Origin: an uncultured Alphaproteobacteria bacterium
GTDB taxonomy: Bacteria > Pseudomonadota > Alphaproteobacteria > Rhizobiales > Xanthobacteraceae
Direction: 5' to 3'
Assembly: GCA_963819265.1 (NCBI GenBank)
Contig: CAWFVF010000003.1
Span: 15,881 to 79,880, forward strand
DNA: 64,000 bases
Shown piece after piece: positions 48,576-57,762 of this stretch. How positions within the stretch are numbered: the stretch's first letter is position 1; each line of letters begins with the position of its first letter. The notes beneath the pieces are model-generated. The model searched no databases. It was not told the DNA's origin and saw only the letters and a program-made list of their open reading frames with translations. Position numbers and translations under genes: made by a program.

Positions 48576-51367
48576 ATGGCACTCGATATTTACCGCAAGA
48601 AGCGCAAATTCGGCGTAACGGCCGAGCCGCGCGGCCATAAGGGCCGGGCCGGCGGCAACCGCTATGTCATTCAGAAGCACGACGCGAGCCGGCTGCATTA
48701 CGACCTTCGCCTGGAACTCGACGGCGTGATGAAGAGCTGGGCGGTGACGCGCGGCCCGAGCCTCGACCCGGGAGAAAAGCGGCTCGCGGTCCATGTCGAG
48801 GACCATCCGATCGAATACAACAGTTTCGAAGGCACGATTCCGGAAGGCGAGTATGGCGGCGGCACCGTCATGATCTGGGATCGCGGTCGCTGGATACCGG
48901 ACGGCGATCCGCACCAGGGCTATGCCAAGGGCCATCTCGATTTCGATCTCGACGGCGAAAAGCTGCATGGCCGCTGGCACTTGGTACGGATGCGGCCGCG
49001 TCCCGGCGAGCGCGGCGAGAACTGGCTGCTGATCAAAGGCAAGGACGATGCGGCGCGCAGCGGCCGCGCCGAGGATATTTTGGACGAAGAGCCGCTGTCG
49101 GTCGCCAGCGGCCGCACGATGGACGAGATCGCCGCCGGCAAAGGCAAGAAACGGGTCTGGCACAGCAATCGCGCCAGTGGGGCACCGCGATGCCGCGCGG
49201 CCCCAGACCCAGCGCGAGTTCAAGGCGCAATTGAAGGCGGCAGCGGAAGGCCGGGCTAAATCTTCAGCCAAAACTTCAACCAAGTCTTCGGCCAAGCCCA
49301 AAACTTCAACGAAGTCTTCGACGTCGAAAGTAACAGCGGCGTCCACCAAGCCCGGCAGGAAATCCGCGGGTGCAAAACTGCAAAGCCGCGCGAAAATGCC
49401 GCGGACTAAACCGGCCGCCGCCAAAGCCGCCGTCAAGAAAAGCACGGCCAAATCAGGCGGGGGATCGCGCGCGGCGTTGCCCGACTTTATCCCCCCGAGC
49501 CTTGCGACGCTGCATGACTCCGCGCCCGGCGGTGCCCCGTGGCTGCACGAAATAAAACTCGACGGCTATCGCATCGAGGCACGGCTCGATCGCGGCAAAG
49601 TGCGGCTTCTCACCCGCAAGCAACTGGACTGGACGCATCGCTTCGAGCGCATCGCCAAAGCGGTCGCGGCGCTGCCGGCGCAGACGGCGCTGCTCGACGG
49701 CGAATTGGTGGTCGAAGACGACAAGGGTGCTTCCAGTTTTTCGATGCTGCAGACCGATCTGAAAGACGATCGCGGCGATCGTTTTGTCTATTGGGTGTTC
49801 GATTTATTATATCTCGACGGCCGCGATCTGACGGCCGAGCCGTTGCTCGTGCGCAAGGCGGCGCTGAAACGGCTCCTTAAAGGCAACAGCCGAACCGGAG
49901 CTGTTCGCTACACCGAGCATTTCGACGAGGACGGCGGCGTCATCTTCAAGCATGCCTGCGAGATGAATCTCGAAGGCATCGTGTCGAAGCTGCGCGATGC
50001 GCCATACCGGCCGGGCCGGTCGGAGAATTTCATCAAGACCAAATGCCACAACGCGCAAGAATTCGTCGTCGCCGGCTTTTCGCCCTCGGCGGCGATGCCG
50101 AAAGCGGTCGGCGCGCTGACGGTGGCGTTCCACGAAAACGGCAAGCTGCGTTACGCCGGCCGGGTCGGCACCGGCTACACCCACGCCACGGCGCGCGATC
50201 TGTGGAAGCGGCTCGACCCGTTGCGGATCGACCGCCCGGCGCTGACCTTGCCGAAGGACGAGCGGCGCAAGAATGTCATCTGGGTCAAGCCGCAAGTGGT
50301 GGTCGAGACCGAGTTTCGCGGCGTCACCCATGACGGATTGCTGCGGCAGGCGTCCTATAAAGGGCTGCGCGAAGACAAGCCGGCGCGTGAAGTGGTGCGC
50401 GAGCGGGCCGAGCCGAAGGCGACGGCGGTAGCGGCGGCGCGGAGGGCGAAAGCCATGGTGAAGACGGCAAAACCGGCAACGAAATCAGCAAAGCCGGCCG
50501 CGCGCAGCAAGGGCGATACCGAGATTTCGCATGTGCATTTGACGCATCCGGACCGGGTCTATTGGGTCGATGTCGGCGTCACCAAGGAAGACCTCGCCGA
50601 ATATTATGTCGGCATCTGGGATCACATGGCGCCCGCATGTCGTCGACCGGCCGCTTTCCATCGTACGCTGTCCGGGCGGCACCTCCGGCGAATGTTTCTT
50701 TCAGAAGCACATCGCCTCCAATGTGAAGGAGTCCGCGCTGCGCCATGTCGTCGATGCCAAGGAGCACGACGTGATCGCGGTGGAGAAGCTCGACGATCTG
50801 ATCGAACTGGTGCAGTCCGGCACGCTCGAGATTCACACCCGCGGCTCCCGCCTCGGCGCGCTCGAAACCTGCGACCGCATCGTGTTCGATCTCGATCCCG
50901 GCGAGGGCGTCGGCTGGAAACAGATGATCGCCGCGGCGCAGGAGACCCGCGACCGTCTTGCGGCGATGAAGCTCAAGACTTTTGCCAAGCTTTCCGGCGG
51001 CAAAGGCATCCATGTCGTGCTGCCGGTCGACGGCGCCGATTGGGAGACCACCAAGAAATTCACCGCGCGGGTCGCGTCGGCAATGGCGGCCGACAGCCCG
51101 GCGCTTTATCTCGCCAAGATGACCAAGGCGCTGCGCAAGGGAAAAATCTTCATCGACTATTTCCGCAATTCGCGCGAAGCGACGTCGGTCGCGCCTTATT
51201 CGACGCGGGCGCGCGCCGGCGCGCCGGTTTCGGTGCCGGTGTCCTGGGAAGCGCTGCCGCGCACCACCGGCGGCAATCAGTTCACCGTGCTCAATCTGAA
51301 AAAGCAGCTCAAACAGGACGCCTGGGCCGACATCGGCAAGGTCCGCCAGAAGCTGCCGGCCAAATAA
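48576..51367 (+). pseudogene. ligD: Multidomain NHEJ ligase LigD (phosphoesterase - ATP ligase - polymerase/primase), two +1 frame breaks (one within 49165-49255, one at ~50635)
   Basis: PE domain YVIQKHDASRLHYDLRLE; ligase WLHEIKLDGYR (KxDG); Pol domain SIVRCPGG..FFQKH..DLDPG..GGKGIHVV. Lys/Ser/Thr-rich linker between PE and ligase. Confidence 0.9.
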
Positions 51368-51385
51368 TTTCCGCGTGCCCCGGGT

Positions 51386-51403
51386 CTGTGATTAATGACA
51401 GTA
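51386..51403. promoter_or_regulatory. 18-bp CTGT-N8-ACAG palindrome, copy 1
   Basis: CTGTGATTAATGACAGTA, 17/18 identical to the copy at 58898-58915. About 125 nt upstream of the 2OG oxygenase fusion gene. Confidence 0.4.
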
Positions 51404-51529
51404 GACCGCCGGCTCGGCCGTGGTCATTTCGTAGCTAGGCTGACGCATTCACCCGGGGCGGTGAGTGGCGCACGACGCTTTCAATAATTTCGATCGAAAC
51501 AGCACGTGTGATTGCGCACCGCAAACCGG

Positions 51530-52600
51530 ATGGCGACATTCACTTACAGACAGCCCGTCGTCGGACAGGCACTCGTCGACCTCATCGAGGGCATGCACCC
51601 GACGATGACGCTCGACCGCTTTGTCGGAAAATATGTGGCGGTATGCTGCTTCGGTTCCAGCCGTATTGGCCCGGGACGCGCTGCGCTCGAGGCGATGCGG
51701 CGGCACAAGACCGATTTCGACGACGTGAAGACGGTCTTTCTCGGCATCGCGATCGACCCGCGGGAGAAAATCGATGCCGCGCAAAGCGGGATTTACTATC
51801 ACCTCGATGCCGACGGCGCCTTGAGCCGGCAATGCGGCGCGGTGCCGCTCGATGAGACGGTGCCGTTCGGCACGCAGTATCGAGTCACCTGGACCCTCGT
51901 CGATCCGGGTTTGCGGGTGCGGGCGCATTTTCATACCGACGAGGATCCGGCCGAATTCGAAGCGGTTTTCGCGCTCCTGAGAAGTCTTCCTGAGATGGAC
52001 CGGCGGCAATCATGCGAAGCGCCGGCGCCGATCCTGGTTATTCCGCGGCTGTTCGAACCCGGCTTCTGCGAAGAACTGATCCGCCTCTATCAAGACGGCG
52101 ATCCGCATGACAGCGGCTTCATGCGCAACAATGTCGAGATCTTCGATTACTCCTTCAAACGGCGCCGCGACCATTTCATCGCCGATGAAGCCGTCAAGGG
52201 GCAGATCGTCAAGCGCATCTCGATGTGCGTGATTCCGGAAATCAGAAAACTGTTTTTCATGGAGATCACGCGGATGGAGCGCTATCTGATCGCCTGCTAC
52301 GCCGCCGAGGAGGATGCCCATTTCCGTCCGCATCGCGACAATGGCCAGCGGGTGACGGCGCACCGGCGGTTCGCCATTTCGGTGGCGCTCAACGACGATT
52401 TCGACGGCGGCGATTTGCTGTTTCCGGAATACAACGAGCGGCGTCACCGGCTACCCGTCGGATGGGCGATCGTCTTCCCCTGCGCCATCCTCCACGCGGT
52501 GACCCCGGTGACGCGCGGCCGCCGTTATGTCTTTCTGCCGTTCCTGTTTGACGAGACCGGCGCCAAGATCCAGGCGAGAGGCGCCGAGGCCGCCGGCTGA
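51530..52600 (+). CDS. Fusion of a thioredoxin-fold (AhpC/TSA-like) N-domain and a 2OG-Fe(II) oxygenase (prolyl-4-hydroxylase-like) C-domain
   Basis: N-terminus GKYVAVCCFGS..VFLGIAID; C-terminus HFRPHRDN .. FPEYNE.. AILHAVTPVTRGRRYVFLPFL (HxD...H...R facial triad pattern). ATG 51530; the ORF opens at TTG 51512. Confidence 0.75.
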   Translation: MATFTYRQPVVGQALVDLIEGMHPTMTLDRFVGKYVAVCCFGSSRIGPGRAALEAMRRHKTDFDDVKTVFLGIAIDPREKIDAAQSGIYYHLDADGALSRQCGAVPLDETVPFGTQYRVTWTLVDPGLRVRAHFHTDEDPAEFEAVFALLRSLPEMDRRQSCEAPAPILVIPRLFEPGFCEELIRLYQDGDPHDSGFMRNNVEIFDYSFKRRRDHFIADEAVKGQIVKRISMCVIPEIRKLFFMEITRMERYLIACYAAEEDAHFRPHRDNGQRVTAHRRFAISVALNDDFDGGDLLFPEYNERRHRLPVGWAIVFPCAILHAVTPVTRGRRYVFLPFLFDETGAKIQARGAEAAG

Positions 52601-52613
52601 TCGCGGACCGCCT

Positions 52614-52985
52614 TCAGCCGTCGGCGAAAGTGGCGCGGATAAAGATAAAGATCAGATAGGAACCGGCGAGCAGGCTCAGCGCCGCCGCCAGTCCCGCCAC
52701 CGCCGCGGATAATTTGGCGAGAATGGCGAGCAGGCTTTGCCACCATGCCTCGCGCGGGTATTTCGACGAACTGCGCCAGATCGCTATCGAAACAATCACC
52801 ACGGCAATGCTCGACAGCGCGAACAGCCCGATGAACGAGCCCACGATCAGGGGCTGGCCGATGCCGCAGCCGAACACCATGCAGGCGCCGCTCGCATCCC
52901 ACAGCAGCGAGAGCGGCAGCCCGATCAGCCAGAATGTGCACCACAGAGCGACTTCGCCGGTGACGAGTTTTGCAAGGAATCGCAT
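52614..52985 (-). CDS. Hypothetical integral membrane protein (123 aa, about 4 TM)
   Basis: Hydrophobic segments ALWCTFWLIGLPLSLLW, LIVGSFIGLFALSSIAVVIV, LSAAVAGLAAALSLLAGSYLIFIFI. Confidence 0.55.
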   Translation of the reverse strand: MRFLAKLVTGEVALWCTFWLIGLPLSLLWDASGACMVFGCGIGQPLIVGSFIGLFALSSIAVVIVSIAIWRSSSKYPREAWWQSLLAILAKLSAAVAGLAAALSLLAGSYLIFIFIRATFADG

Positions 52986-53297
52986 CGCGCGAGACTAGCA
53001 GAAGCCGGACGGAGCGGGAGCCGGGTCCACGCTCCCGTTCGACCGCGCCTTTCCGGTAATTCGGCGGTGGCGCATCGGCGGCCGCGATCACGAATTGAAG
53101 AGCCAACTTTCCAATTTTTTCCGCTGCCGCTACAGTGGCGGAGGTTTTTCTGCCGATGCCAAGGATTCGTGGCCTCCCGAAATTGACGGATGGAACTCGT
53201 CGCAGGGAGTTGCCGCGGAAGGTTCTTGGATACCAGTCGCCGGGCTCTCCGCCTGTCTTTTCCTCATGGCCTTCCTACGCCGAAAGTGCATGGCTTA

Positions 53298-54180
53298 ATG
53301 GCTCCAGCCAAATACATCGCCGCCGCCCTGATCGCCCTGTCCCTCGCCGGTATCGGCACCGCCGCGATTGCGGCCCCCGGTGACTCGCCGGGCGCCACCG
53401 CCGGCGAGCCGCGCGGCCGCGCCTACCTGTTCCGCGGTCTCATCGGCCTGATCGATTGGGGCATGGACGAACTGGCCGGGCGTATCACCCGCAGCGGTGT
53501 CTCGGCCAATATCGGCTCGCATCTGATGTGGAGTTCCGTCGCCAGCCAGGCGATCAGCGACTACCGCCGCGACCCCAAGCCGATCACCGTGATCGGCCAT
53601 TCGATCGGCGGCGATTCCGCCATCTCCTTCGCCGAGGCGCTCAACGCCGCCCATGTCCCGGTCGGCCTGCTCATCACCTACGATCCGACCCGCATGGCGG
53701 GCCGGGTGCCGGCGAATGTCGAGCGCTATATCAATCTCTACCAGTCCTCCAACTTCCTGGGCGGCGGCGACATCGCGGCCGGCGGCGGCTTTCATGGCCA
53801 TTACGCCAGCTTCAACCTCAAGGACCGGCCCGAGATCGTCCACGTCAATATGGACAAGTTCGATCGCATTCAGGAGCTGTTGGCCGCGAAGATCAGGTCG
53901 GTCATCGGCGCGCGGCGAGGGCGAAGCGGTGCCGCTGCACATCGTGTTTGCCGCCACCGGTCCGATCGAACTGTGGGACTCCGGTATGCCGGTCACGGCG
54001 CATGCCGGCGATACGGTGCAATCCGTTGCCTCGACCTATCATGTGCCGGCCTGGGCGGTCGCCCAGATCAACAAGCTGTCGGACAGTGCAACGCTGAGCG
54101 AAGGCCAGCGCGTCGTCGTGCCGCGCTATCTCGGGGCGAGAGTGGCTCCGAGCGCGGCGGCGCCACAGAAAACCAATTGA
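53298..54180 (+). pseudogene. Secreted alpha/beta-hydrolase (lipase-like GHSIGG) fused to a C-terminal LysM domain, one +1 frame break at ~53913
   Basis: Signal peptide ..GTAAIAAPG, VIGHSIGGDS nucleophile elbow, then | GEGEAVPLHIVF..HAGDTVQSVASTYHVPAWAVAQINKLSDSATLSEGQRVVVP (LysM). Confidence 0.75.
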
Positions 54181-54215
54181 TGGTTTGAAACAAACCGGAC
54201 CCTGAAAAAGAAAAA

Positions 54216-54243
54216 GCCCCAGCGGGGGGGCTGGGGGGCTTTG
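54216..54243 (+). terminator. Intrinsic terminator after the hydrolase-LysM gene
   Basis: GCCCCAGC ggggg GCTGGGG..CTTT hairpin. Confidence 0.55.
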
Positions 54244-54453
54244 GGGCTGGGGCTTCTGATCTTGGGACAAGATACGCATCCCATAACCACCGGTACAATG
54301 GTCGGGCAGGCGATTTAGTTCCTGCCGGCTATCGGTTCGTGGAGATCTTGTTCGCCGGCAAGCTGAGTTTCTGCACGCCACCGCCGCGGCCCATCGGAGG
54401 CCGGCGCGGGTGCGGAACTGAACCAATCATCCTTGCGGTTGTTGTCCTCCGGA

Positions 54454-54672
54454 ATGAGTACCGCAATGACGAATGAGAACGAAAAATTACGTGACGATCT
54501 GCGTGCGTGGATGAATTCGCCAGCCGTGGGGCTGTCGAAATATTCGGCCGATCCGGTCGTGCAGCGCCGCGTCGGCGGCATTCTAGCCCACTGCGGCGCC
54601 AAGATTTCATCGCAGCCGCAACCAAAGCGGATCGCCGATCCGAAACTCACCGGCCGGCCAACAAAACCGTAA
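54454..54672 (+). CDS. Hypothetical small protein (72 aa)
   Basis: MSTAMTNENEKLRDDLRAWMNSPAVGLSKYSADP.. Plausible composition and about 65% GC3, but a weak SD and no recognisable domain. Confidence 0.35.
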   Translation: MSTAMTNENEKLRDDLRAWMNSPAVGLSKYSADPVVQRRVGGILAHCGAKISSQPQPKRIADPKLTGRPTKP

Positions 54673-54985
54673 CGTCACGACGAGCCCGGTTGCTGTTTTT
54701 TGCGGCGGCAGGATCACGACTGCCGATTTGTCCCGACCGCTAGGAATATACCGATCGTAGATTCCCGTAGGTCCGCGACAATTGCTGCCTGGCTCGAAAC
54801 CGAATCTTTCCCAAACAATAAATGCGGCTCGATTCCGCCCCGTCGCTTTCCCCGTTCTGAGCAATTTTGAACAGTCTTGGCCGTCATCCGGCGGTACTGT
54901 CCGCAGGTGAGACAGGGCGCCTTGACGGCGGGCTCAACGCGCTCAGCGAACGGGCTTTTTCGACTTCGCGCGGGTGAGACGGCGG

Positions 54986-55771
54986 ATGAGCGATACCATA
55001 CCGACGCGGGAATCGGTCTTTCAGTTTCCCTGGGGCGGCTGGGTCTGGCTCGATGCCCACGAGCAAAGGCAACATGACGCGATGGCGGCCGAATTGCAGG
55101 CGGCGCGCACCCGGGAAGCGGCCTGGCTTCGCGAAAAATCCGAGCTTCTGGCGCGCCAGGACATCATGGCCCAGGAGTTCGAACACCGGCTTCTCAACAG
55201 TTTGCAAATGGTCGTCAGCCTGCTGTCGTTGCAAAGCCGGACCGCCGGCCCCGAGGTAGCCGCCCAGCTGAAGGTCGCGGCCGACCGGATCGCTTCGTTC
55301 GGCCGCGTACACCGCTGGCTGCATCGCCTCGATCATCTGGAGAGCGTGGAGTTCAAGCACTATCTCGAGCGTCTCTGTGAGGACATTTCCGGTCTGCTGT
55401 TTCGCGGCGAGACCAGCCAGGCGATCGCGGTCGAGGGACCGAAGATCGACATCCCGACGCGGTATGCCACCCCGCTCGGCTTTATCGTCAACGAGCTGAT
55501 CGTCAATTCGGCGAAATACGCCAGAAGCAACATCATCGTTCGTCTGACGACAACGCAGGCCACGGGGCATTCGCTGTCGGTGCTGGATGACGGGCCGGGT
55601 TTGCCGGCCGATTTCGATCCCGGCAAGAGCACGGGGCTCGGCATGAAAATCATCGCATCGCTGGTGAAGCAGATCGATGGAGAATTGCACATCGGATCGG
55701 GCGACAGCGGCCGCGGCGCTTGCTTCACGGTGACGTTCTGCGCGCCCCGATCGGCGGCCGGCGGAACTTAA
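54986..55771 (+). CDS. HWE/HisKA_2-type histidine kinase lacking any recognisable sensor domain
   Basis: Coiled-coil N-terminus, H-box QEFEHRLLNSLQMVVSLLSLQ, N-box FIVNELIVNSAKYA, G-box DDGPGLP..GLGMKI. Confidence 0.85.
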   Translation: MSDTIPTRESVFQFPWGGWVWLDAHEQRQHDAMAAELQAARTREAAWLREKSELLARQDIMAQEFEHRLLNSLQMVVSLLSLQSRTAGPEVAAQLKVAADRIASFGRVHRWLHRLDHLESVEFKHYLERLCEDISGLLFRGETSQAIAVEGPKIDIPTRYATPLGFIVNELIVNSAKYARSNIIVRLTTTQATGHSLSVLDDGPGLPADFDPGKSTGLGMKIIASLVKQIDGELHIGSGDSGRGACFTVTFCAPRSAAGGT

Positions 55772-55890
55772 TCTCGGCGGACCGAATGTTGCGCGGCGTT
55801 TCTGTCATCCGCTCCGGCGGGTTCGGAAACGGCTCAGCCTGCCGCCCTGCGGCAAATCCGCCATCGCGAAAACAACCGATACCGGTGACC

Positions 55891-56082
55891 TTAAGCCGCC
55901 AGGACCGGCGACGGCTTGCGCGGCTTTAACGACAGGATTTGGGTTTTCACCCTTCCGCACTGCCCGCATTCGAGCTTGTGGACGGCGAGATCTCTTTTGG
56001 TCGGATGCCGGTCGATAACAGCGTGCATGATCGGCTTGCCGCACTTCGGGCATGGGTCGTTGAAATGAATAACGAGAGACAT
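55891..56082 (-). CDS. Zinc-ribbon miniprotein, paralogue A (63 aa)
   Basis: MSLVIHFNDPCPKCGKPI..HPTKRDLAVHKLECGQCGRVKTQIL. AAGGA SD. About 50% identical to the ORF at 56733-56930. Confidence 0.65.
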   Translation of the reverse strand: MSLVIHFNDPCPKCGKPIMHAVIDRHPTKRDLAVHKLECGQCGRVKTQILSLKPRKPSPVLAA

Positions 56083-56233
56083 AATGAGTTCCTTTCGCGC
56101 TCGGCGAATAGAGGCACTCAAACTGGTCCCGGCCAGGCCAGCGTCCCGAGCGCCCCGTTTGAAGCGTTCGCAACCTGTATTATGTGCCGCTTTAACCCGC
56201 ACGTCGAGGGTTTGTACGATTATGTACATCCCT

Positions 56234-56295
56234 AAATCGAAGATTTGTTTTGAATCGAGGAATTGCCGGCAAGCGACGATTTGCCGTGAATCGAG
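56234..56295. repeat. Direct repeats (A/G)AATCGA(A/G)G x3 in a divergent promoter region
   Basis: AAATCGAAG 56234, TGAATCGAGGAATT 56251, TGAATCGAGAATT 56287. Confidence 0.4.
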
Positions 56296-56367
56296 AATTA
56301 GGCGCGGTTTACCTTTTGCGACCGTTTTTGGGGTCAAATTACCCAGGCCGGACGACGAGCAGCGGCG

Positions 56368-56736
56368 ATGCGCATACTGACGACTGCAATCGAGGCCTTG
56401 ATGTTTGCCGCGCTGCCGATGCAGGCGGCGATCGCGCAATACACGATTGCGGTCCCCGGCGAAGCGCCGACCTCGATCAGTCGGACGCCGGATGGCGGCT
56501 CGGTGCGGCAAACGCCCGGCCAGGCGCCGAGCTTCACAACGCCAACGCCGAATGGCGGTTACGTCGTCCATCAGCCGGGGGTCGCGGGGATGGTCGTTAC
56601 GCCGTTGGCCGGCGGCGGTTATATGTTGAAAACACCGGGACAGACGCCGGCCTATGCCATTCCGCGGGCCGGCGGCGGTTACATGATCCAAGCGCCCGGG
56701 CAGGCCCCGGCCTATGTCAGCCGTCTGCCGTTCTAA
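56368..56736 (+). CDS. Secreted protein with four degenerate P-x-GG-Y-x3-PGQ-x-PAY repeats
   Basis: Signal peptide ..PMQAAIA-QY; TPDGGSVRQTPGQAPSF / TPNGGYVVHQPGVAGMV / LAGGGYMLKTPGQTPAY / RAGGGYMIQAPGQAPAY. Confidence 0.6.
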   Translation: MRILTTAIEALMFAALPMQAAIAQYTIAVPGEAPTSISRTPDGGSVRQTPGQAPSFTTPTPNGGYVVHQPGVAGMVVTPLAGGGYMLKTPGQTPAYAIPRAGGGYMIQAPGQAPAYVSRLPF

Positions 56737-56930
56737 CCTTGCTGCATCAGGTCCGGCGCCACGGCGCGCGGCTTTTTGAACAGCACTTTGGTTTTCACCG
56801 CGCCGCAGCCGGCGCAGGCGAAACTGTGAATCGCCAGATCGCGGCGGGTCGGATGCGGCGTGATGGTCGTCGGTGCGATCGGTTTGCGGCACTTCGGGCA
56901 AGTGTCGTTCATGAAAAGATCAATAGGCAT
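56733..56930 (-). CDS. Zinc-ribbon miniprotein, paralogue B (65 aa)
   Basis: MPIDLFMNDTCPKCRKPI..HPTRRDLAIHSFACAGCGAVKTKVL. AAGG SD. Confidence 0.65.
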   Translation of the reverse strand: MPIDLFMNDTCPKCRKPIAPTTITPHPTRRDLAIHSFACAGCGAVKTKVLFKKPRAVAPDLMQQG

Positions 56931-57261
56931 GATGAACCTTTTCGGGCGCGTAGAATTGCGAATGCTCGAAAGGATCCGGGCAAGATTGTGAGCGCGCCGG
57001 CACTTCACGACGGCGCTCGATCAAGTCGAGGAGGTGAGGCGGCAGCGGCGGCAATGCCGTGTCGGGATCGGCCGAGAAAGACCGCTGCTGCAAAGCCGCT
57101 TGCGTCCAGATCCGCGCCAGTGCGAGCAGACTTTGCCGCTCGTCATCCGTCTTGGCGGCGGCAGCCGAGAGGGTCGTTTCCTTGGCGTATTGCCAGAACT
57201 GATCGGTTATCGACTGATACGTTATCGCGCGATCGGCTATCGACTGATCTCTCTTCGGCAT
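56920..57261 (-). CDS. Hypothetical protein (113 aa) overlapping the start of paralogue B by 11 nt
   Basis: MPKRDQSIADRAITYQSITDQFWQYAKE.. The 5' end contains a 20-nt direct DNA repeat (gatcggYtatcgactgat). Confidence 0.45.
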   Translation of the reverse strand: MPKRDQSIADRAITYQSITDQFWQYAKETTLSAAAAKTDDERQSLLALARIWTQAALQQRSFSADPDTALPPLPPHLLDLIERRREVPARSQSCPDPFEHSQFYAPEKVHHAY

Positions 57262-57427
57262 GGTCGAACCTCATGCCCCGATCCCGATTTCAGCGTGCCT
57301 TCGCCGCCGGCGGGCGTCTGTTCAAAATTGCTCACCCGCCGCAAATTCCGCCGCGCAAAATGAACCGGCGGCTAATGCGAGAGGCTGCTTTTGCGGACGG
57401 CGGCCCAGGCGGCTCGATGCGGAACGA

Positions 57428-57685
57428 TCACCCGGCGAGCCGCAGCCGCTCGGCCCTGGGCTCGAAGCGCGACCTGAAAATTTCGGCGTCGAGCGGATCC
57501 TCGAAGCAGTAGCGCACGAAAGCCGCGTAATCGTCTTCGACATACATGTCGAACTTGCCGACATAGCGGATCAGGAAATCCATGATCTCGCTGTCGTTCG
57601 CCAGTTGCTGCCGCGGCAGTACCACCTGATAGGGGCATTCCGCATCGAGCTTGCGCAGGAAGGCGCTTCTTTTGTCCGAATCCAT
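57428..57685 (-). CDS. Small hypothetical protein (85 aa), LexA-box associated, paralogue 1
   Basis: GAGG SD 5 nt from the ATG. CPYQVVLP..IMDFL..FVRYCFEDPLDAEIFRSRF. SOS box 33 nt upstream. Confidence 0.65.
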   Translation of the reverse strand: MDSDKRSAFLRKLDAECPYQVVLPRQQLANDSEIMDFLIRYVGKFDMYVEDDYAAFVRYCFEDPLDAEIFRSRFEPRAERLRLAG

Positions 57686-57717
57686 CGTTGCCTCGCCATC
57701 GATCCGAACCGGTGAAT

Positions 57718-57732
57718 GTTCCCTATTTGTTC
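57718..57732. promoter_or_regulatory. Alphaproteobacterial LexA (SOS) box GTTC-N7-GTTC
   Basis: GTTCCCTATTTGTTC, perfect match to the direct-repeat consensus. Confidence 0.7.
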
Positions 57733-57762
57733 TAGTTTGTCAAGCTGTTTGAACGCGGCTCG

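Noticed and set aside
54211-54260. G/C-rich short repeats (ccccagc ggggggg ctgggggg ctttggggctggggc) as a possible CRISPR or G-quadruplex array
   Set aside because: It is a single hairpin terminator with a partial echo. There is no spacer-repeat periodicity and there are no cas genes.
54414-54440. EcfG-type general-stress promoter (GGAAC-N16/17-CGTT) upstream of the 72-aa ORF
   Set aside because: GGAAC is present at 54414, but the -10 region reads CGGTT at N17 and no spacing gives CGTT. This is too weak to call.
54315-54650. 111-aa minus-strand ORF overlapping the 72-aa plus-strand candidate
   Set aside because: It has an implausible composition (Cys/Arg/Ser-rich, no SD) and runs through the terminator of the upstream gene. 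The plus-strand ORF is the better, though still weak, model.
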